Assembly: GCA_017882925.1 (NCBI GenBank)
Contig: JADGOM010000067.1
Coordinates: 1 to 43,581, forward strand
Reading direction: 5' to 3'
Origin: Acidimicrobiia bacterium
GTDB taxonomy: Bacteria > Actinomycetota > Acidimicrobiia > IMCC26256 > Chersky-534
DNA: 43,581 nt
Shown: piece after piece, positions 8,619 to 17,878 of the stretch
How the letters are laid out: every line of letters starts with the position of its first letter
Numbering within the stretch: the stretch's first letter is position 1
The notes under the pieces: model-generated
The model's database searches: none
What the model was told of the DNA's origin: nothing
What the model saw: the letters and a program-made list of their open reading frames with translations, nothing else
Translations under genes and position numbers: made by a program

Positions 8619-9269
8619 ATGTTCCTGTTCCGTGACAAGACGAAGCTCCCGACCGCCGACGAGGCCCTCCCGGGACGGGGTGAGGCGATCACGCCCCGCA
8701 ACGAGCACTTCGTCAACGGCCACCCGATCCTGCCCCCGTTCCCCGAGGGCCTGCAGCAGGCCGTCTTCGGCCTCGGCTGCTTCTGGGGCGCGGAGCGCGA
8801 CTTCTGGCAGACCCCCGGCGTCTACACGACCGCGGTCGGCTACTCGGGCGGCATCACGCCCAACCCCACGTACCAGGAGGTCTGCTCGGGCAAGACCGGG
8901 CAGAACGAGGTCGTGCTGGTCGTCTTCGACCCGAAGGTCGTGACCTACGAGGCGTTGCTCAAGGTGTTCTGGGAGCACCACGACCCCACGCAGGGGATGC
9001 GCCAGGGCAACGACGTGGGCACCCAGTACCGCTCGTCGATCTACGTCTCCGACGAGGCCCAGCGGGCGACGGCCGAGGCCTCCCGGCTGATGTACCAGGA
9101 TGAGCTCACGAAGGCCGGCCACGGTGCGATCACGACGGAGATCGTGAAGGCCGGCCCCTTCTATTACGCCGAGGACTACCACCAGCAGTACCTGGCCAAG
9201 AACCCCGGGGGCTACTGCGGCGTCGGCGGCACCGGAGTGAGCTGTCCGATCGGGCTCACGAAGTCGTAA
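8619..9269 (+). CDS. msrA: peptide-methionine (S)-S-oxide reductase
   Basis: 216 aa. The catalytic GLGCFWGAE motif is present, with [24 protein letters not shown] and AEDYHQQYL. The long N-terminus resembles E. coli-type MsrA. Confidence 0.9.
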   Translation: MFLFRDKTKLPTADEALPGRGEAITPRNEHFVNGHPILPPFPEGLQQAVFGLGCFWGAERDFWQTPGVYTTAVGYSGGITPNPTYQEVCSGKTGQNEVVLVVFDPKVVTYEALLKVFWEHHDPTQGMRQGNDVGTQYRSSIYVSDEAQRATAEASRLMYQDELTKAGHGAITTEIVKAGPFYYAEDYHQQYLAKNPGGYCGVGGTGVSCPIGLTKS

Positions 9270-9290
9270 CCCACCGACCGTTCAGAGCGA

Positions 9291-9322
9291 CGAGGCCGGC
9301 CGGCACCGACGGGCCGGCCTCG
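9291..9322. terminator. bidirectional GC-rich stem-loop between convergent msrA and ABC operon
   Basis: cgaggccggcc (9291-9301) pairs perfectly with ggccggcctcg (9312-9322), giving an 11-bp stem and a 10-nt loop. The stem extends by gcga/tcgc with one bulge. tt follows on the plus strand. Confidence 0.6.
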
Positions 9323-9351
9323 TTCGCGTCCGCAGCCGCTCGCCGGCGGCC

Positions 9352-10074
9352 TCAGAAGGTGTCGACGCCGAGATCGGCGGCGTCGACGATCCGGCCGTCG
9401 AGCATGGTGATCACGCGGTCCGCAGCCCGCGCCGCGCGCGGGTCGTGGGTCACCATCACGATCGTGACCCCGCGCTCCCGGCGGATGCGCTCGAAGAGCT
9501 CGAGCACCGCGTGCGCGGACTTCGAGTCGAGGCTGCCGGTGGGCTCGTCGGCCAGGAGGAGCGACGGCGCGTTGGCCAGCGCGCGAGCCACCGCCACGCG
9601 TTGGCGTTCGCCGCCCGACAGCTCGGGTGGGCGCCGGTGCTCCTTCCCCACGAGCTGCACCGCGGCCAGCAGCTCCTCGGCCTGCTCGGCGCGGACCCGG
9701 CGCGTGCGATGCGGATGCGTGCCCACCATCGGGAGCTCGACGTTCTGCCGCGCGTCGAGCTGGGGAAGCAGGTTGTGCAGCTGGAACACGAGCCCGATCT
9801 CGTCGCGCCGGTAGTGGTCGGGATTGCGCACCCGGCTCACGTCGGTGCCGTTGACGATGATCGCCCCGGAGTCGGGCTTGTCGAGCGCGGCGAGCAGCTG
9901 GAGCATCGTCGACTTCCCGGCCCCCGACGCGCCGGTGACCGCCACGAACTCGCCCCGGCCGACGGTGAGGCTGACGCCGTCGAGCGCGCGCACCTGCCCG
10001 CGGTCGAACTCCTTGACCACGTCGATCAATTGGACGACCGGCTCCACGGCCCGGTCCACCGCGGGGTCACTCAC
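9352..10074 (-). CDS. ABC transporter ATP-binding protein (MacB/LolD/FtsE-like)
   Basis: Walker A is GASGAGKST, the signature is [15 protein letters not shown], and Walker B is [12 protein letters not shown]. 240 aa. It overlaps the upstream permease by 8 nt. Confidence 0.9.
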   Translation of the reverse strand: MSDPAVDRAVEPVVQLIDVVKEFDRGQVRALDGVSLTVGRGEFVAVTGASGAGKSTMLQLLAALDKPDSGAIIVNGTDVSRVRNPDHYRRDEIGLVFQLHNLLPQLDARQNVELPMVGTHPHRTRRVRAEQAEELLAAVQLVGKEHRRPPELSGGERQRVAVARALANAPSLLLADEPTGSLDSKSAHAVLELFERIRRERGVTIVMVTHDPRAARAADRVITMLDGRIVDAADLGVDTF

Positions 10075-11185
10075 GGCTCAACGCCGTCGCCGGGGAGAGG
10101 AACGCGGCGCGCACCGCGGGGTACAGCGCGCCGAGGAAGCCGATGCCGAGCGCGACGGCGAGGGCGCGCCAGAAGATCGTCGCGGTGTACTGCGGATGCA
10201 GCAGACCGAGGAGCGCGGGGAGCCGGGCCAGCCACTGCGTGAGCCCCCAGGTGAGGAGGACGCCGACGATCGCGCCCAGCAGCCCCATGAACAGGCCCTC
10301 CCCGAGGATGAGGGCCATCAGCCGCCATCGCGACCACCCGACCGCGCGCATGACGCCGAACTCGCGGGTCCGTTGGTAGAAGGAGAGCAGCATCGTGTTG
10401 CCCACGATCACCGCGCCGATGAACAACGCGAGGACCGTCGACCCGCGGTCGACCGCGCGCAGCAGCTGCAGGTTGCGGTCGACCCGGCCGAACTCGGTGG
10501 CTGTGCGCACCGTCACGAGCTCGGGATTGTCGTGCTCGACGACCTTGCGCACCGCGGGGATGTTGGCGCCCGGCACGGTGCGGACGAACACCAACGTCAC
10601 CTCGCTCGCCTCGCGTTCGTTGGCCTGGAGCCGGGGCAGGGGCATCATCGAGCCGGTGTCACCGAGCGACTGACCGGTCTCGTAGAGGCCGACGATCCGG
10701 TAGTTGTTGCCGTCGACGGTGATCGGGTCACCGACCTTCTTGCCCAGGTTGTCGGCCGCGCGGTAGCCGAGCATGATCTGGTCCTTCGCGTTCTCCTCGA
10801 ACGCGCGGCCCGCCACGATCTTCACGCCGAACTCGGCGAGGTCGGAGGCGGGCAGGCCGATCTCGAGGAACAGCGGGTTGGCGTCGTTGTACTTCGTGGT
10901 GGCCACGAGCGCGCCCACCGCGCTCGCCACGCCGGGGGTCGCCGCGATCCGCTTCACCCGCGCCTGGTCGATGACGCTGCTGAGGAGATCGGACACGCCC
11001 TTCTGCGAAACGGTGAAGTCGGCCTTCCCGGTGCGCAGCACCGCCGCGGCGGTGTCGGTGAAGCTGTGGGTGACGACGCCGAGCGTGGCCACCGTGAGCA
11101 CACCGATCGCGACGGCCGCCGCGGTGAGCGCGGTGCGGACCTTCCGCGTGAGGACGTTGTGGAGCAGCAGCTCGAGGATCGGCAC
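10067..11185 (-). CDS. ABC transporter permease, MacB_PCD + FtsX type
   Basis: 372 aa with a GTG start. It has an N-terminal TM helix, an extracytoplasmic domain, and three C-terminal TM helices with FtsX-like REFGVMRAVGWSRWRL. Confidence 0.85.
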   Translation of the reverse strand: MPILELLLHNVLTRKVRTALTAAAVAIGVLTVATLGVVTHSFTDTAAAVLRTGKADFTVSQKGVSDLLSSVIDQARVKRIAATPGVASAVGALVATTKYNDANPLFLEIGLPASDLAEFGVKIVAGRAFEENAKDQIMLGYRAADNLGKKVGDPITVDGNNYRIVGLYETGQSLGDTGSMMPLPRLQANEREASEVTLVFVRTVPGANIPAVRKVVEHDNPELVTVRTATEFGRVDRNLQLLRAVDRGSTVLALFIGAVIVGNTMLLSFYQRTREFGVMRAVGWSRWRLMALILGEGLFMGLLGAIVGVLLTWGLTQWLARLPALLGLLHPQYTATIFWRALAVALGIGFLGALYPAVRAAFLSPATALSRE

Positions 11186-11323
11186 ACAGAGTTGTTACCC
11201 CACCCGGGCGGCCGGCGTCCCGGGCCATAGGTCCCGAACGGGTCGGGCGCCCGGTCCGAGACGCGCCCCGTAAGATCCGCGCCAGGCGCGGACGGCGATG
11301 CCCCGGGCCCGATCCACCCGAGA

Positions 11324-11377
11324 CCCTCCTCCACCGACCCCCTCCTCCACCGACACCCTCCTCCACCGACACCCTCC
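11324..11377. repeat. 16-bp tandem repeat, 3 full copies plus a 6-nt partial copy (ccctcctccaccgacN)
   Basis: Copies at 11324-11339, 11340-11355 and 11356-11371, with a partial copy at 11372-11377. The three 15-nt cores are identical. It lies in the 224-bp divergent gap between the permease (start 11185, minus) and the amidohydrolase (start 11410, plus). Confidence 0.85.
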
Positions 11378-11409
11378 GCGGAACCCTGACCAGCTCGAGG
11401 AGCCCGTCG

Positions 11410-12813
11410 ATGCCCGACGACCCGCCGGCCCTACCGTCGCTCCCGCCCTCGATCCTGCGTCGCAGCCAGACCGACGAATACGCGGCGCCGGCGTACACCG
11501 ACGCCGACCGGCGGGTGCTGCGCGCCACCCACGCCGCCGGTTCCGCCGCGGCCGAGCGGCTGGGAGTCGGCAACGCGCCGTACTGGGGGAGCCGGTTCGG
11601 CACCGCGGCCGGGCTGCGCGCGCTCGACGCCGAGTACGGCGACTTCTACGCGGTGCCGCCCGAGGCCGTCGTCGACCGCGAGGCCGCGGCGTCGGTGTTC
11701 GAGGGGCCCGAGACGGTGCTCGACGTGCAGACCCACTACATCGCCGACCGCGCGCCGACGTTCGTCACCGAGTTCCTGCTCGACATGTACCGACAGCTGA
11801 TGCCGAGCTGGTGGACCGAGCTCGAGGGCGACCGCGCCTACGACTTCGCCGAGTACCTCCGCTGCGTGTTCCTCGGCTCGGAGACCGCGGTGGCGGTACT
11901 CACGTCGGGGCCGGGGCTCGACGAAGGTCGCTACCTGTTCAACGACGAGATGGCAGCCACCCGCGTCCTGTTCGACCGGCTGGGCGAGACCGGCCGCGTG
12001 CTCAACCACGCCGTCGTCCACCCCAACGTCACGGCCGAGCTCGCGTCGATGGAGCGGTGGCGCGACGACTACTCGCCGTCGGGCTGGAAGGTCTACACGC
12101 TCGGCCACAGCCAGGGCGGCGCGAAGGTCCCGGGCTCGATGTGGATGCTCGACGACGAGGACACGGGCATCCCGTTCCTCGAGCGGGTCCGGGAGCTCGG
12201 CCCGAAGCTCGTCTGCGCGCACAAGGGGCTGAGCGGCCTGGTGGCCGCCGGCTCGCCGAGCGACATCGGCCCGGCCGCGGCGGCGTTCCCCGACATCACG
12301 TTCCTCGTGTACCACTCGGGCTACGAGATCTCGACCGACCCGTCGACGTTCGAGGGCCCGTACACGCCCGAGACCGCGCAGGTCGGCGTCAACCGGCTCG
12401 TCACCACGCTTCGGGACAACGGGATCGCGCCCGGCGGCAACGTCTACGCCGAGCTCGGCAGCACGTGGTTCTGCATGATCCGGCACCCGCAGGAAGCCGC
12501 GCACGTGCTCGGCAAGCTGCTGCTCGCGGTGGGCGACGACAACGTCCTGTGGGGCACCGACGGCATCTGGTACGGGCCCACGCAACCCACCATCGACGCG
12601 TTCCGCGCGTTCGAGATCCCCGTCGAGTACCAGGAGCGCTACGGATACCCGGCGCTCACCGCGGAGCGGAAGGCCAAGATCCTCGGGCTCAACGCGGCAC
12701 GCGTCTACGGCATCGACATCGCCGCCGCCCGCGAGCGCGCCGCCACCGACGACCTCGCCTGGGCCCGCGCCGCGCTCGACGAGTTCCGCGCCCGCGGCGA
12801 CCCCTCCCTCTGA
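11410..12813 (+). CDS. amidohydrolase-superfamily (TIM-barrel metal hydrolase) protein
   Basis: 467 aa with a GAGGAG RBS 8 nt upstream. Motifs VLDVQTHY, CAHKG, VYHSGY and LWGTDGIWYG resemble the metal-ligand strands of amidohydrolase-2-like enzymes. The ~100-aa N-terminal region is unassigned. Confidence 0.65.
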   Translation: MPDDPPALPSLPPSILRRSQTDEYAAPAYTDADRRVLRATHAAGSAAAERLGVGNAPYWGSRFGTAAGLRALDAEYGDFYAVPPEAVVDREAAASVFEGPETVLDVQTHYIADRAPTFVTEFLLDMYRQLMPSWWTELEGDRAYDFAEYLRCVFLGSETAVAVLTSGPGLDEGRYLFNDEMAATRVLFDRLGETGRVLNHAVVHPNVTAELASMERWRDDYSPSGWKVYTLGHSQGGAKVPGSMWMLDDEDTGIPFLERVRELGPKLVCAHKGLSGLVAAGSPSDIGPAAAAFPDITFLVYHSGYEISTDPSTFEGPYTPETAQVGVNRLVTTLRDNGIAPGGNVYAELGSTWFCMIRHPQEAAHVLGKLLLAVGDDNVLWGTDGIWYGPTQPTIDAFRAFEIPVEYQERYGYPALTAERKAKILGLNAARVYGIDIAAARERAATDDLAWARAALDEFRARGDPSL

Positions 12814-12938
12814 GCCTGAGCCCCGGTCTTCAGCCAACATCGCTCACTCACCGAGAACGTTGCGCACACGCCCTGAAGCCGCCCACCTACTCGGTGCTCG
12901 GTGAACGCACAAGATCGAGGCGAGGTGGGTGGCGACGC

Positions 12939-14060
12939 TCAGGGCATCGCCCGTACGCCCTCCGAGCGCGTCGCCTTCGCGAGCCACGGCTCCAGGCGGG
13001 GCTTCAACCGGAGGAACGGCCGCTCGACCAGGAAGAACGACAAGGTGGCGAGGACCCCGCTGACCGAGAAGCGCAACAAGGTGAGCGGCAGCGGGCTCCA
13101 GTGCACCCGGCTGCCGTTGATCACGATGAACACCGGCCAGTGCCACAGGTAGAGGCCGTAGGAGATGCGCCCGACCGCGACGAACGGCGGCCACCGGAGC
13201 AGGCGGCTCGTGAGCCCCCGAGCGTAGAGATCGGCGATGAGCAGTGCGGTGGCCAGACCGAACAGCAGGTAACCCCAGCGATACAGGCTCCGGCTCGTCA
13301 GCTCGACGGTCGACGCCGCGATCCCGACCGCGACCAGCGCCAACGGCCCGAACCACCTCGTGACCGGATGCCGCAACGTGCCGGGCAGGCCCGGCCACAA
13401 CATCGTCCACGCCGCGAGCGCGCACCCGATCAGGATGCCGTCGGAGTGGGTGTCGAGCCCGTAGTACACGCGGATGTCGGGGCTGCCGTGGTCGATCAGC
13501 GCGAAGCGCACCGCGGCGGACGCCAACGCACCCACGACCGCGATGCCGGCAACGCCACGGATCCCCCACAGCTTGTGGGCGGCGATGAGCACCAGGGGCC
13601 AGACGACGTAGAACTGCTCCTCGATGCTCAGCGACCAGGCGTGGTCGAGCAGCCCGAACGGCGGCTGCTGGTGCAGGGCCTCGACCCAGTTCATGCGGTA
13701 CGTGGCGGTGGCGAACACGTCGTGCCACATATGCGTGACCTGGTCGGCGGGCAGCTTGATCTCGGCGTAGATCGCGCACGCGACGGCCACCACGACGAGC
13801 GCCGGGAACAGTCGCAGGATCCGGCGCAGGTAGAAGCGGAGCACCTTGGTGTGGCCGGTGAGCTCCCGCTCCTCGAGCAGGATCCGCGTGATCAGGAATC
13901 CGCTCAGCACGAAGAACACGTCGACGCCGAGGTAGCCGCCCTTGGCCCACGAGACGTTGGCGTGGAACAGCATGACGGCCGTGACCGCCATTGCTCGCAG
14001 CCCGTCGAGCTCGGGCCGGTAACCGAGCACGACGGCGGGATGACGGGTCTCGGTCTCCAC
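12939..14060 (-). CDS. acyltransferase family 3 (OafA/YrhL-like) membrane protein
   Basis: 373 aa with a GTG start. LDGLRAMAVTAVMLFH ... GGYLGVDVFFVLSGFLIT is the acyltransferase_3 signature. The protein is hydrophobic and multi-pass throughout. Confidence 0.85.
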   Translation of the reverse strand: METETRHPAVVLGYRPELDGLRAMAVTAVMLFHANVSWAKGGYLGVDVFFVLSGFLITRILLEERELTGHTKVLRFYLRRILRLFPALVVVAVACAIYAEIKLPADQVTHMWHDVFATATYRMNWVEALHQQPPFGLLDHAWSLSIEEQFYVVWPLVLIAAHKLWGIRGVAGIAVVGALASAAVRFALIDHGSPDIRVYYGLDTHSDGILIGCALAAWTMLWPGLPGTLRHPVTRWFGPLALVAVGIAASTVELTSRSLYRWGYLLFGLATALLIADLYARGLTSRLLRWPPFVAVGRISYGLYLWHWPVFIVINGSRVHWSPLPLTLLRFSVSGVLATLSFFLVERPFLRLKPRLEPWLAKATRSEGVRAMP

Positions 14061-14126
14061 GGGTCGGTGACAGTACCTTGACGGCCCGGGATCGAACAGG
14101 GGCGCGGCTTCCGGAGGTTCGGGCGG

Positions 14127-14873
14127 TCAGCGCCGCTGGTGTTCCGGCCCGAGCAGCCGGGTGAACGTGCGGGCATTGCGGACGGCCGCACCGGTGGGGT
14201 CGTTGTTGAAGTACACGTAGCCGTCGGGATCCGCACCGAAGAGCCGCAGGACGCGGCCGGCCCAGCCGCGCAACGCCGAGCGCCCGTAGCTCGGACCGGG
14301 CCGGGCGACCCCCTCGTGGAACCGCACGTAGCACCAGTCGGCCGTGCGCTCGAGCGGCGAGTGCTTGTTGCGCTTGTCAGTCAGGCAGAGCGCGGTGTCG
14401 GTCTGCCGGAGCAACGCGTAGACCTCGTCGACGTTCCACGACGGGTGCCGGACCTCGAGCGCGACCCGCACGCGGTCGGCCCCGGTCGGGAAGCAGGCCA
14501 ACGTCGCCTCGAGCCGGGCCACGTCGCACTGCAGGCTGGGCGGGAGCTGCAACAGCACGACCTCGAGCTTCCCGCCGAGACCCCGGGCATGCTCGAGCAT
14601 CCGTTGCACCGGCTCCTCCGGATCCTGGAGTCGCTTGATGTGGGTGAGGAAGCGGCTCGCCTTCACGGCGAAGCAGAAATCCTCCGGGGTGGCGGCGGCC
14701 CACCGCTCGAACGTCTCGCGCTCGGGCAACCGGTAGAAGCTGTTGTTCACCTCGACGGTGGGGAACTCGGCTGCGTAGTGCCGGAGCCAATCCCGCCGCG
14801 GAACGTCCTCCGGATAGACCGCGCCGCGCCAGTCGCGGTATTGCCATCCCGAGGTCCCCACGAGCAATGCCAT
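14127..14873 (-). CDS. DUF72 (YecE-like) domain protein
   Basis: Starts MALLVGTSGWQYRDWRGAVYP (the GTSGW.Y..W hallmark), followed by VEVNNSFYRLP. This is the 3' 248 codons of track ORF 14127..15467. Confidence 0.8.
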   Translation of the reverse strand: MALLVGTSGWQYRDWRGAVYPEDVPRRDWLRHYAAEFPTVEVNNSFYRLPERETFERWAAATPEDFCFAVKASRFLTHIKRLQDPEEPVQRMLEHARGLGGKLEVVLLQLPPSLQCDVARLEATLACFPTGADRVRVALEVRHPSWNVDEVYALLRQTDTALCLTDKRNKHSPLERTADWCYVRFHEGVARPGPSYGRSALRGWAGRVLRLFGADPDGYVYFNNDPTGAAVRNARTFTRLLGPEHQRR

Positions 14874-14963
14874 GACGGCTGTGTACCCTGCCACCGCCGG
14901 GCAGGCACGGGATTCACGGGATCGCAGTTTTACGACGGCCGTCGGAGGTGGCATCTTCACTCC

Positions 14964-15443
14964 ATGGCCGACAACGAGTTCCGTGTCACGAGCAGCCTCT
15001 TCGCCGACGGGGAGACGATCCCCACATCCGCCGCCTACGCCTCCGACAACATCAGTCCCGATCTCCGATGGTCCGCGGCGCCCGAGGGCACCAAGAGCTT
15101 CGCCCTCACCGTGTGGGATCCCGACGCCCCTACGGGCGTCGGCTTCACGCACTGGGTGCTCTTCGACCTCGACCCCGGGCTCTCTGCGCTCGAAGCGGGC
15201 GCGGGCGCCGCGGGGAAGAACCCGGCCGGCAGCACGCTCGGCCTGGCGGACTTCGGCGACAGCGAGTGGGCCGGGATGGCACCGCCGCCGGGCGACGAGC
15301 CGCACCACTACCGCTTCACCGTCTACGCGCTCGACACCGCGTCGCTCGACTCCGGGCCCACCACCACCTACCCGAAGTTCCAGTTCCTGATCCGGGGCCA
15401 CGTCCTCGCCCAGGCCACGCTCACCGGTCGCTACGGCCTCTGA
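14964..15443 (+). CDS. YbhB/YbcL-family Raf-kinase-inhibitor-like (PEBP) protein
   Basis: Starts MADNEFRVTSSLFADGETIP, with WDPDAPTGVGFTHWVLFDL and HHYRFTVYALD. These are typical bacterial PEBP motifs. The ATG at 14964 lies inside track ORF 14139..15443. Confidence 0.85.
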   Translation: MADNEFRVTSSLFADGETIPTSAAYASDNISPDLRWSAAPEGTKSFALTVWDPDAPTGVGFTHWVLFDLDPGLSALEAGAGAAGKNPAGSTLGLADFGDSEWAGMAPPPGDEPHHYRFTVYALDTASLDSGPTTTYPKFQFLIRGHVLAQATLTGRYGL

Positions 15444-15511
15444 CCTGCGCACCGTCGCGTCCCGCACCCTCGCACTCCCCCCGTTCCGCGCCGCACGAAG
15501 AGGAGACCCCG

Positions 15512-16378
15512 ATGACCGACCCCACGACCGCGAACGAGCACAGCAAGACCTGGGGCGTCGGTGGCGACCTCACCGTCAACCGCCTCGGCTTCGGGGCGAT
15601 GCGCATCACCGGTCAGGGCATCTGGGGCGAGCCCGCAGACCACGACGAGGCCGTCGCGGTGCTGCGCCGCGCGGTCGAGCTCGGGGTCAACTTCATCGAC
15701 ACCGCCGACTCCTACGGCCCGTTCGTCTCCGAGCGGCTGATCGCGGAGGCGCTGCACCCGTACCCCGACGACCTCGTGATCGCGACCAAGGCCGGCCTCC
15801 TGCGCGACGGGCCCGACCAGTGGCGGCCCGACGGCCGGCCGCAGCGCATCCGGGCCTGCTGCGAGGAGAGCCTCCAGCGGCTCGACCTCGAGCAGATCCC
15901 GCTCTACCAGTTCCACCGCCCCGACCCGGCGGTCCCGTTCGAAGACTCGCTCGCCGCGTTCATCGAGCTGAAGAACGAGGGCAAGATCCGCCACATCGGC
16001 TTGAGCAACGTGACCGACGAGCAGATCTCCGCCGCGCTCGAGCTCACGCCGATCGTGTCGGTGCAGAACCGCTACAACCCCACCGACCGCAGCTCGGCCG
16101 ACGTGCTCGACCGCTGCGAGACCGAGCGCATCGCGTTCCTGCCCTGGGCCCCGATCGGCGGCACGAGCGGCGTCGACGACGCCACGCTCGCCGGCATCGC
16201 CAAGGCCCACGGCGCGTCGCCCCGGGTCGTGATCCTCGCCTGGATGCTCGCGCTCTCCGACTGCATCATCCCGATCCCGGGGACGGGCTCGGTGGCGCAC
16301 CTCGAGGAGAACATGCAGGCCGCCGACCTCGAGCTCACCGCGTCCGAGGTCGCCGCGCTCGCCGGGCTCGCCGCGTAG
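15512..16378 (+). CDS. aldo/keto reductase
   Basis: A GAAGAGGAG RBS precedes the ATG at 15512. Motifs: LGFGAMRITG, NFIDTADSYG, IATKAG, IGLSNV. 288 aa. Confidence 0.85.
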   Translation: MTDPTTANEHSKTWGVGGDLTVNRLGFGAMRITGQGIWGEPADHDEAVAVLRRAVELGVNFIDTADSYGPFVSERLIAEALHPYPDDLVIATKAGLLRDGPDQWRPDGRPQRIRACCEESLQRLDLEQIPLYQFHRPDPAVPFEDSLAAFIELKNEGKIRHIGLSNVTDEQISAALELTPIVSVQNRYNPTDRSSADVLDRCETERIAFLPWAPIGGTSGVDDATLAGIAKAHGASPRVVILAWMLALSDCIIPIPGTGSVAHLEENMQAADLELTASEVAALAGLAA

Positions 16379-16393
16379 ACGCCGAGCGCGCCG

Positions 16394-16412
16394 CGCGTCG
16401 AGGTCCGACGCG
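16394..16412. terminator. short stem-loop between convergent genes
   Basis: cgcgtcg-aggtc-cgacgcg is a 7-bp perfect stem with a 5-nt loop. It lies in the 36-bp gap between the AKR stop (16378) and the phosphatase stop (16415). Confidence 0.3.
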
Positions 16413-16414
16413 GG

Positions 16415-17173
16415 TCACTCGACCAGGCCGCTCCGCAGGGCCTCGATCGCGGCCGGCTCGAGCCCCTGCGCGAGCAGGTACCCCTCGATCGTGCCGTACT
16501 GGTCCCGGAGCCCCTCGAGCACGGCCCGCATCGAGTCGGCGTCGATCTTGAAGTAGCTCTGCCCCACCTCGGCGAACTCGTTGCCGGCGTCGGCGCGCGC
16601 CTGGTGGCGGGCGATGAGCTCGGCCATGTGCTCCTCGGTGAGCGCGTAGTCGGCCGCGACGATGCCGTCGTCCACGCCGACCAGCGAGAGCAGGAGGGCG
16701 GCGACGATCCCGGTGCGGTCCTTGCCCGCGGCGCAGTGGAAGACGACCGGCTGGTTGACGGGGTCGGCGATGATCGCGAGCACCCCGGCGAAGCGGGCGC
16801 CGTAGCGGTCGAGCATCGAGAGGTAGACCTCGCTCACGGTCATCGTGCCGGGCGGCGGCGCGTCGGGGTCGCGCTCGATGCGGTCGGGGCGGATCTCGTC
16901 GATGATCGGCTGGTGCCGCACCGTGACGCCGGCAGCGCCGAGCGGGCCGTGCCCGTAGGTCTCGACCTCGTGCGGCGAACGGAGGTCGACGACCGTGAGC
17001 ACGCCCAGGACGTCGACCACGTGCGCGATGTCGGACTCGCTCATGTGCGAGACGGAGTCGCTGCGGAAGACCCGGCCGGCCCGGAGGTGATGGCCGTCGG
17101 CCGTGGGGTACCCGCCGAGATCGCGGAAGTTGGCCGGGCCTTCGAGCTCGATCCTGCGCGGGTTCGTCGTCAC
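16415..17173 (-). CDS. tyrosine/serine protein phosphatase (Y_phosphatase3-like, CX5R)
   Basis: NFRDLGG lies near the N-terminus and the active-site loop is HCAAGKDRTG. This is the 3' 252 codons of track ORF 16415..18535. The start is assigned to the GTG at 17173 (VTTNPRRIELEG) and is uncertain. Confidence 0.75.
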   Translation of the reverse strand: MTTNPRRIELEGPANFRDLGGYPTADGHHLRAGRVFRSDSVSHMSESDIAHVVDVLGVLTVVDLRSPHEVETYGHGPLGAAGVTVRHQPIIDEIRPDRIERDPDAPPPGTMTVSEVYLSMLDRYGARFAGVLAIIADPVNQPVVFHCAAGKDRTGIVAALLLSLVGVDDGIVAADYALTEEHMAELIARHQARADAGNEFAEVGQSYFKIDADSMRAVLEGLRDQYGTIEGYLLAQGLEPAAIEALRSGLVE

Positions 17174-17236
17174 CGACGCAGCTTCGCGCGGACCGGCGGG
17201 ATGGCGCGCCGGGGTCGGCGCGGCTAGACGTGGGCC

Positions 17237-17803
17237 ATGACCGACGTCCTGGCATACCACTGGCGCGCGATCGAGGTCTTCGGCAACCGCGTGCACCTCG
17301 TCGCCCCGTCGAAGTGGAGCGCGCCCACCCCGAACCCCGGGTGGGACGTGCGGGCCCTCGTCAACCACCTCACGGTCGAGCAGCTGTGGGTGCCGCCGCT
17401 GTTGAGCGGGCGGACCATCGGGGACGTGGGCGACCGGTTCGACGGCGACGTGCTCGGGCGCGACCCGGTCGGCACCTGGACCGAGGCCGCGAGCGAGTGC
17501 CTCCGGGCGTTCGACGAGCCCGGAGCCCTCGACCGGACCATCGCGCTCTCCAGCGGGCCCACCTCGGCCGTCAACTACTGCTGGGAGATGACCGCCGACC
17601 TGCTGATCCACACGTGGGACCTCTCCCGCGCGATCGAGATGCCCGAGCAGCTCGACCCCGAGCTCGTCGAGGTGATCTACGAGCGCGCGCTCCCGATCGC
17701 CGACCGGCTCGCGCCCACGGGCCTCTTCGCGCCCGTGGTCGAGGTGCCCGAGGGCTCGACCCTCCAGACCCGGCTGCTCGCGCTCTTCGGTCGCCGCGCC
17801 TGA
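17237..17803 (+). CDS. TIGR03086-like / mycothiol-dependent maleylpyruvate-isomerase N-terminal (DinB-fold) family protein
   Basis: 188 aa. W..PTPNPGWDVRALVNH ... EMTADLLIHTWDLSRA is the pattern of actinobacterial TIGR03086/MDMPI_N proteins. Confidence 0.75.
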   Translation: MTDVLAYHWRAIEVFGNRVHLVAPSKWSAPTPNPGWDVRALVNHLTVEQLWVPPLLSGRTIGDVGDRFDGDVLGRDPVGTWTEAASECLRAFDEPGALDRTIALSSGPTSAVNYCWEMTADLLIHTWDLSRAIEMPEQLDPELVEVIYERALPIADRLAPTGLFAPVVEVPEGSTLQTRLLALFGRRA

Positions 17804-17878
17804 GCCTCGCGAGTTATATGATTCCGCATGAACTGCGGGATCCGAGCCCGTGGGCACGCGAGCCTTCCGGGGGACAGC

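Noticed and set aside
8557-8631. An 8-nt complementarity (ggaacagg at 8557-8564 versus cctgttcc at 8624-8631) that could mask the msrA start region, suggesting a riboswitch-like leader.
   Set aside because: Only 8 bp are complementary and they are separated by about 60 nt. No supporting conserved structure is recognisable, so this is compatible with chance.
11324-11377. Possible CRISPR array or minisatellite-encoded peptide.
   Set aside because: The units are 16 bp and directly abutting with no spacers, so this is not CRISPR. The in-frame translation (PPPTPSSTDTLLHRHPP...) has no start or RBS support and belongs to a spurious 927-aa ORF.
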